Below are positions 46,598-56,101 of a DNA stretch of 64,000 nt, in pieces (the first letter of the stretch is position 1; each line of letters starts with the position of its first letter). The stretch is taken from positions 4,994-68,993 of the forward strand of contig JAITKF010000062.1 of the NCBI GenBank assembly GCA_031278545.1. Direction: 5' to 3'. The position numbers and the translations under genes are program-made. Under the pieces are notes generated by a model that was not told the DNA's origin, did no database searches, and saw only the letters and a program-made list of their open reading frames with translations. Origin of the DNA: Prevotellaceae bacterium (lineage in GTDB: Bacteria > Bacteroidota > Bacteroidia > Bacteroidales > UBA932).

Positions 46598-47941
46598 CTA
46601 TTTTCCTGTGTAGGTGTGCGGCGAGAGTTGTAGCAGTTCGTTTTTGATGTCGTCCGATACGTGTAGCGAGTGGATGAATTGTACAATGCTTTCTTTGGAT
46701 ACGGTTTCGTTGGTACGTGTCAGTGCTTTCAGTGCTTCATAGGGGTTGGGGTAGTTCTCGCGGCGGAGGATGGTTTGGATGCCTTCGGCGACTACCGCCC
46801 AGTTGCGGTCGAGGTCGGCGTCAATGGCGGCGCGGTTGATATATAGTTTGCTCAGCCCGCGGCACAGCGATTGTATGGCAAGCACGCTGTGCGCCAACGG
46901 TACGCCGATGTTGCGTAGTGTGGTACTATCGCTCAGGTCGCGTTGCAGGCGCGATACCGGCAATTTAGCCGACAGATGTTCGTACAGCGCGTTGGCTACG
47001 CCGATATTCCCTTCGGCATTTTCAAAGTCAATCGGATTCACTTTATGCGGCATGGCCGACGAGCCGACTTCCCCGTCGTTGATTCGTTGCTTGAAATAAT
47101 CCATCGAGATGTATAGCCACATATCGCGCGACAGGTCGAGCAGTACGGTGTTGATGCGTTTCAGGGCGTCGAATTGAGCGCTAAGGTAGTCGTAGTGTTC
47201 GATTTGCGTGGTATGTTGCGAGCGCGTCAGTCGTAGCGACCGGCTTACAAACGCGTCGGCCAGCGTCGGCCAGTCAATCGTCGGATACGCGGCATGGTGG
47301 GCATTGAAATTGCCTGTAGCGCCGCCGAATTTAGCGGCAAACGGGAGGGCTTTCAATAGCGCCTGCTGCTTTGTCAGGCGTTCTGTGAATACGTTGATTT
47401 CTTTTCCTACGCGGGTAGGCGACGCCGGCTGTCCGTGCGTGTGCGCCGGCATTGGGACGTCGTCCCATTCGGCAGCCAGTGCCTGCAATTGCGCCAGCAA
47501 CGTATCGAGCAACGGATAGTAGACGGCCTGCAAGGCATCGCGGAAGCTGCACGGGATGGCGGTATTGTTAATATCCTGCGATGTCAGACCGAAGTGAATA
47601 AATTCGCGGAACGGCTGTAGTCCCATTGCGTCAAAGCGCATCTTGAGGTAATATTCTACCGCTTTAACGTCGTGGTTCGTCGTGCGCTCGATGCGTTTGA
47701 TTTCTTCGGCGTCTGTCGGATGAAACGATTCGTATAGCATCCGCAAGGCTCCGTAGCAATCGCGGCTGACCGTTGTTAGTTGCGGTAGGGGGATTTCGCA
47801 CAGGGCAATAAAATATTCTACCTCGACCAACAGCCGGTAACGAATCAGTGCGTATTCCGAAAAATAAGCGGCCAGCGGTTCTGTTTGCGCCCGATAACGC
47901 CCATCGACAGGCGAAATAGCAGTGAGTGGATGTAGTTCCAT
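46598..47941 (-). CDS. purB: Adenylosuccinate lyase
   Basis: 447 aa with the fumarate-lyase signature SSAMPHKVNP. Confidence 0.94.
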   Translation of the reverse strand: MELHPLTAISPVDGRYRAQTEPLAAYFSEYALIRYRLLVEVEYFIALCEIPLPQLTTVSRDCYGALRMLYESFHPTDAEEIKRIERTTNHDVKAVEYYLKMRFDAMGLQPFREFIHFGLTSQDINNTAIPCSFRDALQAVYYPLLDTLLAQLQALAAEWDDVPMPAHTHGQPASPTRVGKEINVFTERLTKQQALLKALPFAAKFGGATGNFNAHHAAYPTIDWPTLADAFVSRSLRLTRSQHTTQIEHYDYLSAQFDALKRINTVLLDLSRDMWLYISMDYFKQRINDGEVGSSAMPHKVNPIDFENAEGNIGVANALYEHLSAKLPVSRLQRDLSDSTTLRNIGVPLAHSVLAIQSLCRGLSKLYINRAAIDADLDRNWAVVAEGIQTILRRENYPNPYEALKALTRTNETVSKESIVQFIHSLHVSDDIKNELLQLSPHTYTGK

Positions 47942-47976
47942 GACGTGTGAAGTATGAGGTGTTTTGAATCAGGGAG

Positions 47977-47984
47977 CAAATGTA
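47977..47984 (-). promoter_or_regulatory. -7 promoter box (TACATTTG on minus strand) for purB-glmM
   Basis: The plus strand reads CAAATGTA, 36 nt upstream of the ATG at 47941. Confidence 0.55.
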
Positions 47985-48074
47985 CGGGAAATATTTTGAA
48001 AATCCTATTGTCGGATGCGTGTTGCAGGGTAGAGGCAATATTGGTTACCATCAGGAATCCTTTATGCATTATAC

Positions 48075-48947
48075 TTACTTCTTCTGAGATAGCATCACCC
48101 CGAATATGACAACCCCTACGCCGATGATTTGTTGTAGGCTCATCGTTTCGCGCCCCATGAGGAAAGCGGCGATGGTAGTGATGATGGGAATGAGCGCCGA
48201 AAACATGTTCGCCTGTGTAATGCCGATGTGTTTGATAGAAGTTACAAATAGCACGAATGCGCCGCCCGATACAAACACCGACAACATCACCAGCGGGTAC
48301 ACTACTTGCCGGCTCCATACTACGGCTGATAGCGCATCACACTCGAAAGCCAGTACCAGAGGCACGAAGTAGAGCGCTCCGATAAGATTCTGGTACGCGA
48401 CGATAGTGATGGCCGAATAATGATGCAACTTGCGGATGATGACTGCATAGCCCGCTGTAGAGAGCGACGCCACGAACAGCAACAGGATGCCGCTCAACGG
48501 TACTTTCAACGTAAAATCGCCGGTGAGCATCACCAGCCCCACGCCGGGGATGGTGCACAGCACGCCTGCGATATTCGTCCACGTCGGTCGTTCACGGAAC
48601 ATATAGAAGCAGGCAAGCATCGTAAATACCGGTACGGTCGACAGGATGACCGCACCTATCGACGGCGACTGAGTGATGCGTAGCCCGTTATTTTCGCCGA
48701 GAAAATATATGAATGGCTCGAACAGCGCCAACAGGAGAAACCATTTCCAGTCGGTCTTTGCTATCCGCACCGACCGTCGCGTGGCTGCCAGAAACAGGAA
48801 CAACACCGCGCTCCCGATACACATCCGAAACATCGACAGACTCTGCGGCGGAAACGGCGGTGTCGACCCCACCAGATCGGTCGTCCACACAAACGACATC
48901 CCAAACAAGAGCATTGCCGTACAAACGGCTATATATCCTTTTTTCAT
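48075..48947 (-). CDS. EamA-family (DMT superfamily) transporter
   Basis: 290 aa with about 10 TM helices arranged as two EamA-like halves. Confidence 0.8.
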   Translation of the reverse strand: MKKGYIAVCTAMLLFGMSFVWTTDLVGSTPPFPPQSLSMFRMCIGSAVLFLFLAATRRSVRIAKTDWKWFLLLALFEPFIYFLGENNGLRITQSPSIGAVILSTVPVFTMLACFYMFRERPTWTNIAGVLCTIPGVGLVMLTGDFTLKVPLSGILLLFVASLSTAGYAVIIRKLHHYSAITIVAYQNLIGALYFVPLVLAFECDALSAVVWSRQVVYPLVMLSVFVSGGAFVLFVTSIKHIGITQANMFSALIPIITTIAAFLMGRETMSLQQIIGVGVVIFGVMLSQKK

Positions 48948-49274
48948 TTATTCGTCATCCGTTATTTGTGAAACGAGCAGCGTAAAGCGCGAAGTGCAAA
49001 GCGCGACGCACGCCTGTGAGGGGAAGCATACTTGCAGCGTAAAGTGTAAAACTCAAGACTTGCTTGTGGCGTGAGGCGTATAGCGTGCCTGCACGAGGAA
49101 GGATAAAGTGTGTTTGCAGGATGAAGCCTGAAGCGTAATTCCCGAAGTGTGTCTGCGGTATAAAAAAAAATTCATTGTTCATTATTATAAATTGTAAATT
49201 GTTCATTGCTCATTGCTGCAGGGGAGCGTAACGAAACCTGCGGTTGTGCAACCCCGTTCCTGCTGCCTAATCCG

Positions 49275-50006
49275 TCAATATTCCCTTGTACTGTACTTCT
49301 TCATCTCCTTTGCGTACTCTTTTGCGTGGCCATCGGTAAGGCTATTGAGGAGTTCCCAAAAACCGGGGCCGTGGTTCTTGTGTTGCGTATGACAAAGCTC
49401 ATGCAGGATGACATAATCTATCAGATGTATCGGCAAACGCATCAAGTGTATGTTAAGCGTAATAGCATTACTCGACGCGCAGACCCCCCAGTACGACACC
49501 GTGCGTTTGATCATCAGTTGCTGGAAGGGCAGGCCGTTCTTATCCGCCAGCTGAAAGGTGCGCGCCGGCAAAACCTCATGCGCTTCTACCAGCAACGCAT
49601 GTTCGATGGCCTGCCGGATGGTCGCCTGCAACCGTTCGTTTTCGGGCGGTATGGAGACGGGATAATAGATGAATACCGTATCATCGGTCATCTGCACGCG
49701 CAAGTTTTTGCGCTTTTCGGGCCGCAGGCACAATGTGCGTAAATGGGTACGGAAGACCGTTTCGGGCGTAAACAGCGTCCGGCGGGCCTCACTGACGGCT
49801 TGTATGCGCGCCCGGGAACGGACGACCCAGTCGATTTTTTCATTGAAAAAGAATTCTGCCTCCGCATACGACGTGTACAATGGCAACGTAACCAATATGC
49901 TCCGGTTGGGACGCAACCGTATCCTGACGATTCGCGTGTGCGGCGTTTTTCGAAAGTACACCTCGCCGACAACGGGATGATTGATTACGTGTCCTTGCAC
50001 TTTCAT
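49275..50006 (-). CDS. YgjP-like (DUF45 / M48-related) zinc metallohydrolase
   Basis: 243 aa with the C-terminal HELCHTQHKNH (HExxH) motif. Its ATG overlaps the tamB stop by 4 nt. Confidence 0.8.
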   Translation of the reverse strand: MKVQGHVINHPVVGEVYFRKTPHTRIVRIRLRPNRSILVTLPLYTSYAEAEFFFNEKIDWVVRSRARIQAVSEARRTLFTPETVFRTHLRTLCLRPEKRKNLRVQMTDDTVFIYYPVSIPPENERLQATIRQAIEHALLVEAHEVLPARTFQLADKNGLPFQQLMIKRTVSYWGVCASSNAITLNIHLMRLPIHLIDYVILHELCHTQHKNHGPGFWELLNSLTDGHAKEYAKEMKKYSTREY

Positions 50007-53000
50007 GGTGTCGTATTCTTTTTTTCGTTGGGATAATGCGCCGGGGCGATGGTGTCGCTGGCGGGCGCGGCGGTCTTTTTTCGTTGTCCGAAAATCCGGT
50101 GGTACAATTCCCCGAAGGTTGAAAATTCCTCTTGGTACATCAGTCCGATACCGTACCGCTGGCTATTGTCAATAATATCGGTATAGCGGTCGACCGAACG
50201 GGTAAAGAGTTTAAAATAGAATTTGCCGGTTTCACTTAAGCGGATGTCAGCGTTGAAATCATTGGCGAACGATTGCGCGCCACTGTTTCCCGATCCGAAG
50301 CTGCCGTTGATGGTCAGCCGGTCGTTCAACAACTGCGTCGAGAAATTCATATCGTATGCTTCGTTGCGTCCCTGCTGCGAGGGCATGTAGGTAAAGCCGA
50401 TGTCAAGCGGTACGTTCAGTTGGTTCAGCATATTGTTTACTTGATTTGATAATAATTCCGTAGCGCTTCCCAACGCGGCCACACCGGTATCGAACGTCAG
50501 TTCCTGATCGGGAATGAATGTGCCGAAGACCATCAGGGCAAGGAATTGCCGCGTCATTTTTTCTTCAGTCGACAGGGCGCTTTGTACTCGCGCGCGGGTT
50601 TCGACGTCAAGGCTTTGCACGTCGACATCGAATCGCAACGCGGGATTTAGCATATTGCCCGTGATATATATTTTACAATCGACCGGACGGCGTGTTACCA
50701 CCGACGACGAGTCGGACAGCAGGCTGTTCAGCGACGCTTTGGTTTTATAGAGCGCGGTCAGGTCGAGGTTGGTATTTCGGATGCCGCCATTAAACGAAAT
50801 CCGTCCGCCTTGGTTGATATAGAATTTTTTGGTAATAAGATTGAAATTTTGAATGCTGAACAGGTAATCGCCGCGCTCGACCACATAGTCGCCAAAGAGA
50901 TTGAATTTATCGGTAGCCGGATTGATTTCCATTTTAATAGAACCATTGCCGTAGCTATGGATGATGTCGCCGGTACGTTTATCCAGTTCGATTTGTATTT
51001 CGGTATCGGGTGTTATTCGTACATTCAGGGCGATGTCGAGGTTGGCCGGCGTCTGTTCCTGTTGTTTTTTAGGACGGACGAAGAGGTCGTCGGTACTGTC
51101 TTTTGGCGGTTCGGTGAAGGATAGCAGCCCGGCGTCATTGGTTTTTACTGGCGTCGATGCGGGTATGCGGATGTGTGAATGGCGCTCGGTTTGCAGGTCA
51201 ATATCGAATCGCGTTTCGCCCGGGTGACCTTTAATCGTCGCGCGGCCTGAGGCGAATGCTTGTCCGTAGAAGAACGCATTATCCTTTTCGGTTGTTCGCA
51301 GGATACACAGGTTGCGCGGAAGGGCGACGACCTCGTAGTGTATATCGCGGAAATGTTGATGTCTCAGTTGTACCGACAAGCTTGCCTGTCCGCCGAAGTC
51401 GTCGCTCACTTTGGCGTCGGTGAAGCCGAGGGCGGTCGCATTGACCCACACAGGCGCGCTAAACGAGTAGCGTGTTTTCAGGTAATCGACCGTAGCGGCC
51501 ACGTGGTCGGCGTGCAGGTTGTCGCTCGCGAGCGACGGATTATTCATGTTGCCGTACAGACGTGCACTCCCCGACAGGGAGCCTTCGACCTGCGTTAGCA
51601 CGCCAGCGAACAAGGGCTCAAGATGTACCAACGGAAAATGGTCGAATGTGCCCGTCAGGTTCACATAATGGCCTGCTGGCACATAATTCCCCGTCAGGCT
51701 GAACAGCGTATACGCATCGTTCTGTGCAAGCATTGACAAGTTGAATCGCTTGTTGGCGTCGTCCCACAGGCTACGTGCCGACAGGCGCCCCAGACGATGG
51801 TTGTTGACCAGTACCTCTTCGGCTTGCAGGTTGGCGAAGAATCGCGGCGAGCGGTATACGCTGGTCATCCGCGCCCGACCCGACAGTGAACCATTGAAGA
51901 GGTATCCTTCGCGTCCGGTTACATAGTTCACGTTGGCGATGTCGAAATTCGTCAATTGCAGCGTCAGCGTATCAGTAGCCTGCGACGACAGGTAGCCGTC
52001 GACTATGATTTCCTGCGTGTCGTTCGACACATGGAAGCGGCGGATATGCACCTTTTCATTAAATACCACATCGGACGAGTCAATGCGCCACAGATTATTC
52101 GTAATAACGATTTCCGACGGGCAAATTTGCAGCTCGGCCAGCAGGGACGAATCGTCGGCGCGGTAAAAGTGCATGGCGGCGACCAGCGTGCCGCGGTTCG
52201 TCACTTCTGTTTTATTATCGTATTGCAGTTGCATTGACAGGCGGTTGTCCGCGGCGACGGCCTGCACGGTGGCATTGCGCACCGACAGTCCCCATGCCAG
52301 CGCTTCGCTTGTTTTGAGCGTCGCGCGGCTTTGACGACGATTATTTTCTACCATCAATGACACATTCCGCCACTGATGCGCCTGCCACGCCAGCCCGCCG
52401 GACGCCAGTTGCAGCGAGAGCGAGTCGTCCGGTAGCAGCATCAGCGTTGCCTCTGTATTCGGAGCGATGTACAGCCCGGGAACGAGAATATCGGCCACCG
52501 CCTCGCTGTTTTTCGTTACGACTTTGAGGGTGCAGGCGGCAGGCAACGTGTCACGGATGAGCGACACAGCGCCGGCCAGCGCCGGCAAATGCTGTTTGAG
52601 CACGGCATCGGACACCTGCCGGAAAAAGTATGACAGGGGACGTTCGCCTTCGTAGTCGACCGTCAGGAAATCGGCGCGTAGCGTATTCCGGTAGACCGGC
52701 GCCTTGCGCGAGGCCGTAATCCGGATGTCGCCCACAGGCTGTGTCCCGTTCTGTCCGGTATACCGTATGCCGGTTACGGCGATATGCCCGACTCCGTCGA
52801 GCGCATGGTTCAGGGTCTCATAATCGGCGTGTATTGATGCTTGCAGGACGGACGTCGGATCGCGGGTATTCAGTTGCAGCGCGGTTAAGTCGGCGCGATG
52901 TATCTGCACATTGAAATCCAACATGTGCACCCACGTCGTATCATCGCCCGACGGATAACGAATACCGCCGGAAAAAACCAACTGCAAGTTTGGGTCATTC

Positions 53001-54547
53001 ACCGTGACCGTCCCCTCGAAGCCACGCTCGTCGACCATCCCTTTCAGGTTGATGGCGCTGTACGAATAGCCGGCCACGTCGAGTTGCGACAGCCGTCCTT
53101 CCGTCGTCAACTGCACGCCGCCGTAGCGCGCTGGACGCACCGTCCCGCGAGCGTTCACCTGCCCCGATACTTCGCCTATCGTCGGGTCGGCATTGAGCAA
53201 TTTTCCGACATGGAACCGTTCGGCCTGCACGTCGCCGTTTAACTGTATACCCTGCGCGGCATCGCTGGAAGTGAGAGCCATGTCGAACTGCGCACCTCCC
53301 AAGCCGGTATGAAGCTGCCCGTGTACGACAAAATCGTTGTACAGCCCCGTAAAATTGCCCCTCAACCGAACATGCTCCAGCGGCGTAATCAGCGACGAGA
53401 GGTCAAGCGTGTCGGGCAGGGCAAAACGTTGCAGGAGCGCGGCCAGATGCTGTGCATTGCTCCTCAAATCCTGCACATTAATATACATCATCGTTTCGTC
53501 GATATACGGCAAGCCGGTTAAGCGGAATTTGACGGTCAGCGAGGTATTCAGCGAGTCTGAACGGATTTCCAGACGGTCGCTACGCAGGTTATTCACTGTG
53601 CCGCCCACCGTGCCTGTCAGGTAAAAGCCCGGATTGATATGAAAATTCTTTGCCATGTGCCCCACCGTCCGGAACGAGAAATACGCCCGGTCAAAATCGG
53701 CTTCCATCCGCACCGCCTCTTCATAATCGCTGAACGACTGTACGCTTTCGTAGTCCATTTTATAATATTTCATATAAAGATGCGAATGGCTGTCGACCAA
53801 TTCCGCATTCCTCAGGAAAGCCTGTGTTCCGCATACATGGCCGCGCTCGGCTGTCAGATGCTGGAGCCGGTAGCCGCTTTGTTCGAGGAAACGCACATCG
53901 TGCAAAGCAAAAAACAGCGTATCGTGCTCCAGACGCAAATCGTGCGCATCAATATAAATATCCAGCAGGCGGAGATTCTTAAAATCGACCACGCGCGGGT
54001 CGGGGTCGACTGTCGGGTTTTGCCGGTTGCAGAATGTAAAACGAAAACCCTCCAGCGTCAAATGGCGGACGGCTACTTGCCACGCAGCATCCGCTGCCGT
54101 CGTCGGCGTATCGTGCCGGGCGTTGTTCTTTAAATGGTCGACAATCGCTTTGATATTCGTTGTGGTATCCTCCCCGTCTGGCGAGTAGGAATACAAGTTG
54201 AAGATGCCATCGGTCAGGTGCACATGCCCGACCGTCAATTTTTTCTTCCTCACGTTTACCGCCGACAAAGTAAACGACGCTTCTTTTACAGACAGCAATG
54301 TGTCGCCAAGCCTGTCGACAACCAGCACATCGTCGATCACCAGCCGCGTAAACAGCGCATAATGCACCGCCCCCACCGACACCGACGCCGGGGAGAGCCG
54401 CTCTGACAATATAGTCGTAATCCGATGCACCAACGCCTCCTGCACCACCGGCAACTTAACCAGCAAGTACACCGACAGCGGCAACGCCACCAAGGTCGCC
54501 AACACAATGATTACTATCTTCCGTATCTTCTCCTTCAATATCCTCAT
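50003..54547 (-). CDS. tamB: Translocation and assembly module protein TamB (DUF490 C-terminus)
   Basis: 1514 aa with a single N-terminal TM anchor, a long beta-rich repetitive body and a conserved C-terminal region. Confidence 0.85.
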   Translation of the reverse strand: MRILKEKIRKIVIIVLATLVALPLSVYLLVKLPVVQEALVHRITTILSERLSPASVSVGAVHYALFTRLVIDDVLVVDRLGDTLLSVKEASFTLSAVNVRKKKLTVGHVHLTDGIFNLYSYSPDGEDTTTNIKAIVDHLKNNARHDTPTTAADAAWQVAVRHLTLEGFRFTFCNRQNPTVDPDPRVVDFKNLRLLDIYIDAHDLRLEHDTLFFALHDVRFLEQSGYRLQHLTAERGHVCGTQAFLRNAELVDSHSHLYMKYYKMDYESVQSFSDYEEAVRMEADFDRAYFSFRTVGHMAKNFHINPGFYLTGTVGGTVNNLRSDRLEIRSDSLNTSLTVKFRLTGLPYIDETMMYINVQDLRSNAQHLAALLQRFALPDTLDLSSLITPLEHVRLRGNFTGLYNDFVVHGQLHTGLGGAQFDMALTSSDAAQGIQLNGDVQAERFHVGKLLNADPTIGEVSGQVNARGTVRPARYGGVQLTTEGRLSQLDVAGYSYSAINLKGMVDERGFEGTVTVNDPNLQLVFSGGIRYPSGDDTTWVHMLDFNVQIHRADLTALQLNTRDPTSVLQASIHADYETLNHALDGVGHIAVTGIRYTGQNGTQPVGDIRITASRKAPVYRNTLRADFLTVDYEGERPLSYFFRQVSDAVLKQHLPALAGAVSLIRDTLPAACTLKVVTKNSEAVADILVPGLYIAPNTEATLMLLPDDSLSLQLASGGLAWQAHQWRNVSLMVENNRRQSRATLKTSEALAWGLSVRNATVQAVAADNRLSMQLQYDNKTEVTNRGTLVAAMHFYRADDSSLLAELQICPSEIVITNNLWRIDSSDVVFNEKVHIRRFHVSNDTQEIIVDGYLSSQATDTLTLQLTNFDIANVNYVTGREGYLFNGSLSGRARMTSVYRSPRFFANLQAEEVLVNNHRLGRLSARSLWDDANKRFNLSMLAQNDAYTLFSLTGNYVPAGHYVNLTGTFDHFPLVHLEPLFAGVLTQVEGSLSGSARLYGNMNNPSLASDNLHADHVAATVDYLKTRYSFSAPVWVNATALGFTDAKVSDDFGGQASLSVQLRHQHFRDIHYEVVALPRNLCILRTTEKDNAFFYGQAFASGRATIKGHPGETRFDIDLQTERHSHIRIPASTPVKTNDAGLLSFTEPPKDSTDDLFVRPKKQQEQTPANLDIALNVRITPDTEIQIELDKRTGDIIHSYGNGSIKMEINPATDKFNLFGDYVVERGDYLFSIQNFNLITKKFYINQGGRISFNGGIRNTNLDLTALYKTKASLNSLLSDSSSVVTRRPVDCKIYITGNMLNPALRFDVDVQSLDVETRARVQSALSTEEKMTRQFLALMVFGTFIPDQELTFDTGVAALGSATELLSNQVNNMLNQLNVPLDIGFTYMPSQQGRNEAYDMNFSTQLLNDRLTINGSFGSGNSGAQSFANDFNADIRLSETGKFYFKLFTRSVDRYTDIIDNSQRYGIGLMYQEEFSTFGELYHRIFGQRKKTAAPASDTIAPAHYPNEKKNTTP

Positions 54548-54555
54548 TGGGGGTA

Positions 54556-54689
54556 CAAAGATAGTGATTTTAATTTCGTGAAGCGCACCCCTGTCGCTTT
54601 CTCTGTCTTCCCGATGTCCTCCTATGTAATATTGCTTTTAATTACACAAGGGGATGTGGCGCCTCACGAAATTAAAATCACTATCTTTG
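54556..54689. repeat. Mirrored divergent promoter: 26-bp perfect inverted arms, each ending in an outward-facing TATCTTTG
   Basis: CAAAGATAGTGATTTTAATTTCGTGA (54556-54581) is the exact reverse complement of TCACGAAATTAAAATCACTATCTTTG (54664-54689). Inner imperfect symmetry is also present (GCGCACCCCT vs AGGGGATGTGGCGC, TGTAAT/ATTACA). Confidence 0.9.
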
Positions 54690-54711
54690 ACCATTAAAAA
54701 ATACGTAAAAG

Positions 54712-55707
54712 ATGTTTTACTCTATTATTATACCGGTATACAATCGTCCCGATGAGATTGCAGAGTTGCTGGACAGCCTTGCGCAGCAGGAAGGCGGGGT
54801 AGCGTTTGAGGTACTGATTGTAGAAGACGCCGCCGCATCGCCCTGTGATAAAATAGCTGCTGCATACGGCGACCGGCTGGCCGTGCGTTATTTCAATGTA
54901 CCCGGCACGGACCGCAGTTACCGGCGCAACTATGGCATGCAGCAGGCGAGGGGCAGTTATTTTATTTTTTTCGATTCCGATTGTGTGATTCCGCCGCGTT
55001 ATTTTGCCAGTCTCGACCGCTACCTGCAAACGCACCACAGTGATTGTATCGGCGGCCCCGACGCCGCCCACGAGTCGTTTAGCAACATACAAAAAGCGAT
55101 TAATTATGCGATGACCGCGTTGTTGACCACCGGCGGTATCCGTGGCGGCAGCCGGCAAATGGAGACATTTAAACCGCGCACCTTTAACATGGGATTCTCG
55201 CGGGCGGTATTTGAAAAAGTGGGCGGCTTCCGCGATATGTTTGGTGAAGACATCGACCTCTCTATCCGCATTGCTGGCGCGGGGTTCCGCACGTCCCTAT
55301 GCCGCGATGCGTTTGTGTACCACAAGCGACGGGTCAGTTTTAAGAAATTCTTTAAGCAGGTATACCACTTCGGCATCGCCCGCGTCAATCTCGGGTTGGT
55401 ACACAAAGGTTCGCTGAAAGCGGTACACACACTGCCTGCGTGTTGCCTGTTGGGCGGCGTGGTAGTTATGGCGTTGGCCGTTAGCGTATCGTGGTGGTGG
55501 CTGGCCGCACCGTCGGCGTTTATACTGGCGCTGTTTACGGATGCCTATCATAAAACCAAAAATCCGGCGACCGCCATGCTGGCCGTATGGGCGTCGGGCA
55601 TCCAAATCATCGCCTACGGCAGCGGATTTCTACAATCATTCGTACAAAAGATCATCTTCCGACGGGGACTGGAAGATAGCGAAACTCTGAAACGGATATA
55701 CCAGTAG
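54712..55707 (+). CDS. Family 2 glycosyltransferase with C-terminal TM helices
   Basis: 331 aa with IIIPVYNRPDEI and the FFDSD (DxD) motif. Confidence 0.85.
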   Translation: MFYSIIIPVYNRPDEIAELLDSLAQQEGGVAFEVLIVEDAAASPCDKIAAAYGDRLAVRYFNVPGTDRSYRRNYGMQQARGSYFIFFDSDCVIPPRYFASLDRYLQTHHSDCIGGPDAAHESFSNIQKAINYAMTALLTTGGIRGGSRQMETFKPRTFNMGFSRAVFEKVGGFRDMFGEDIDLSIRIAGAGFRTSLCRDAFVYHKRRVSFKKFFKQVYHFGIARVNLGLVHKGSLKAVHTLPACCLLGGVVVMALAVSVSWWWLAAPSAFILALFTDAYHKTKNPATAMLAVWASGIQIIAYGSGFLQSFVQKIIFRRGLEDSETLKRIYQ

Positions 55708-55730
55708 GCGCTGTCCACATTCATCCATCT

Positions 55731-56087
55731 TCAACGGCATTTCTCTAATGTAACGGCCGAGAAGCCTGTTTTTCCGCCTAACGGCGGATTCCGTTTACGG
55801 ACGGTAACGGTGGCGCGGTCGATAGTTTCACACTGCTCAAACAGGGCGCGCAACAGACGGCCGGCCACGTGTTCCAACAGATTCGACGGTTGCTGCATCT
55901 CTTTTTGCACAATATCATAAACGGTTTGGTAGTTCAGCGTATCGTTCAGGTTATCGGTTACGGCGGCCTGTTGCAGGTTGAGATACAGATCGACATCGAC
56001 CTCGAAATACGTACCCGTCGTACGTTCTTCGTCGAAGCAACCGTGATGCGCAAAGAACTCCATCCGGTGTAGACGGATTATTCCCAT
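55731..56087 (-). CDS. folB: Dihydroneopterin aldolase
   Basis: 118 aa with FFAHHGCFDEERTTG and the LNYQTVYD pattern. Confidence 0.88.
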   Translation of the reverse strand: MGIIRLHRMEFFAHHGCFDEERTTGTYFEVDVDLYLNLQQAAVTDNLNDTLNYQTVYDIVQKEMQQPSNLLEHVAGRLLRALFEQCETIDRATVTVRKRNPPLGGKTGFSAVTLEKCR

Positions 56088-56101
56088 AAGCTATCCGGGG
56101 G

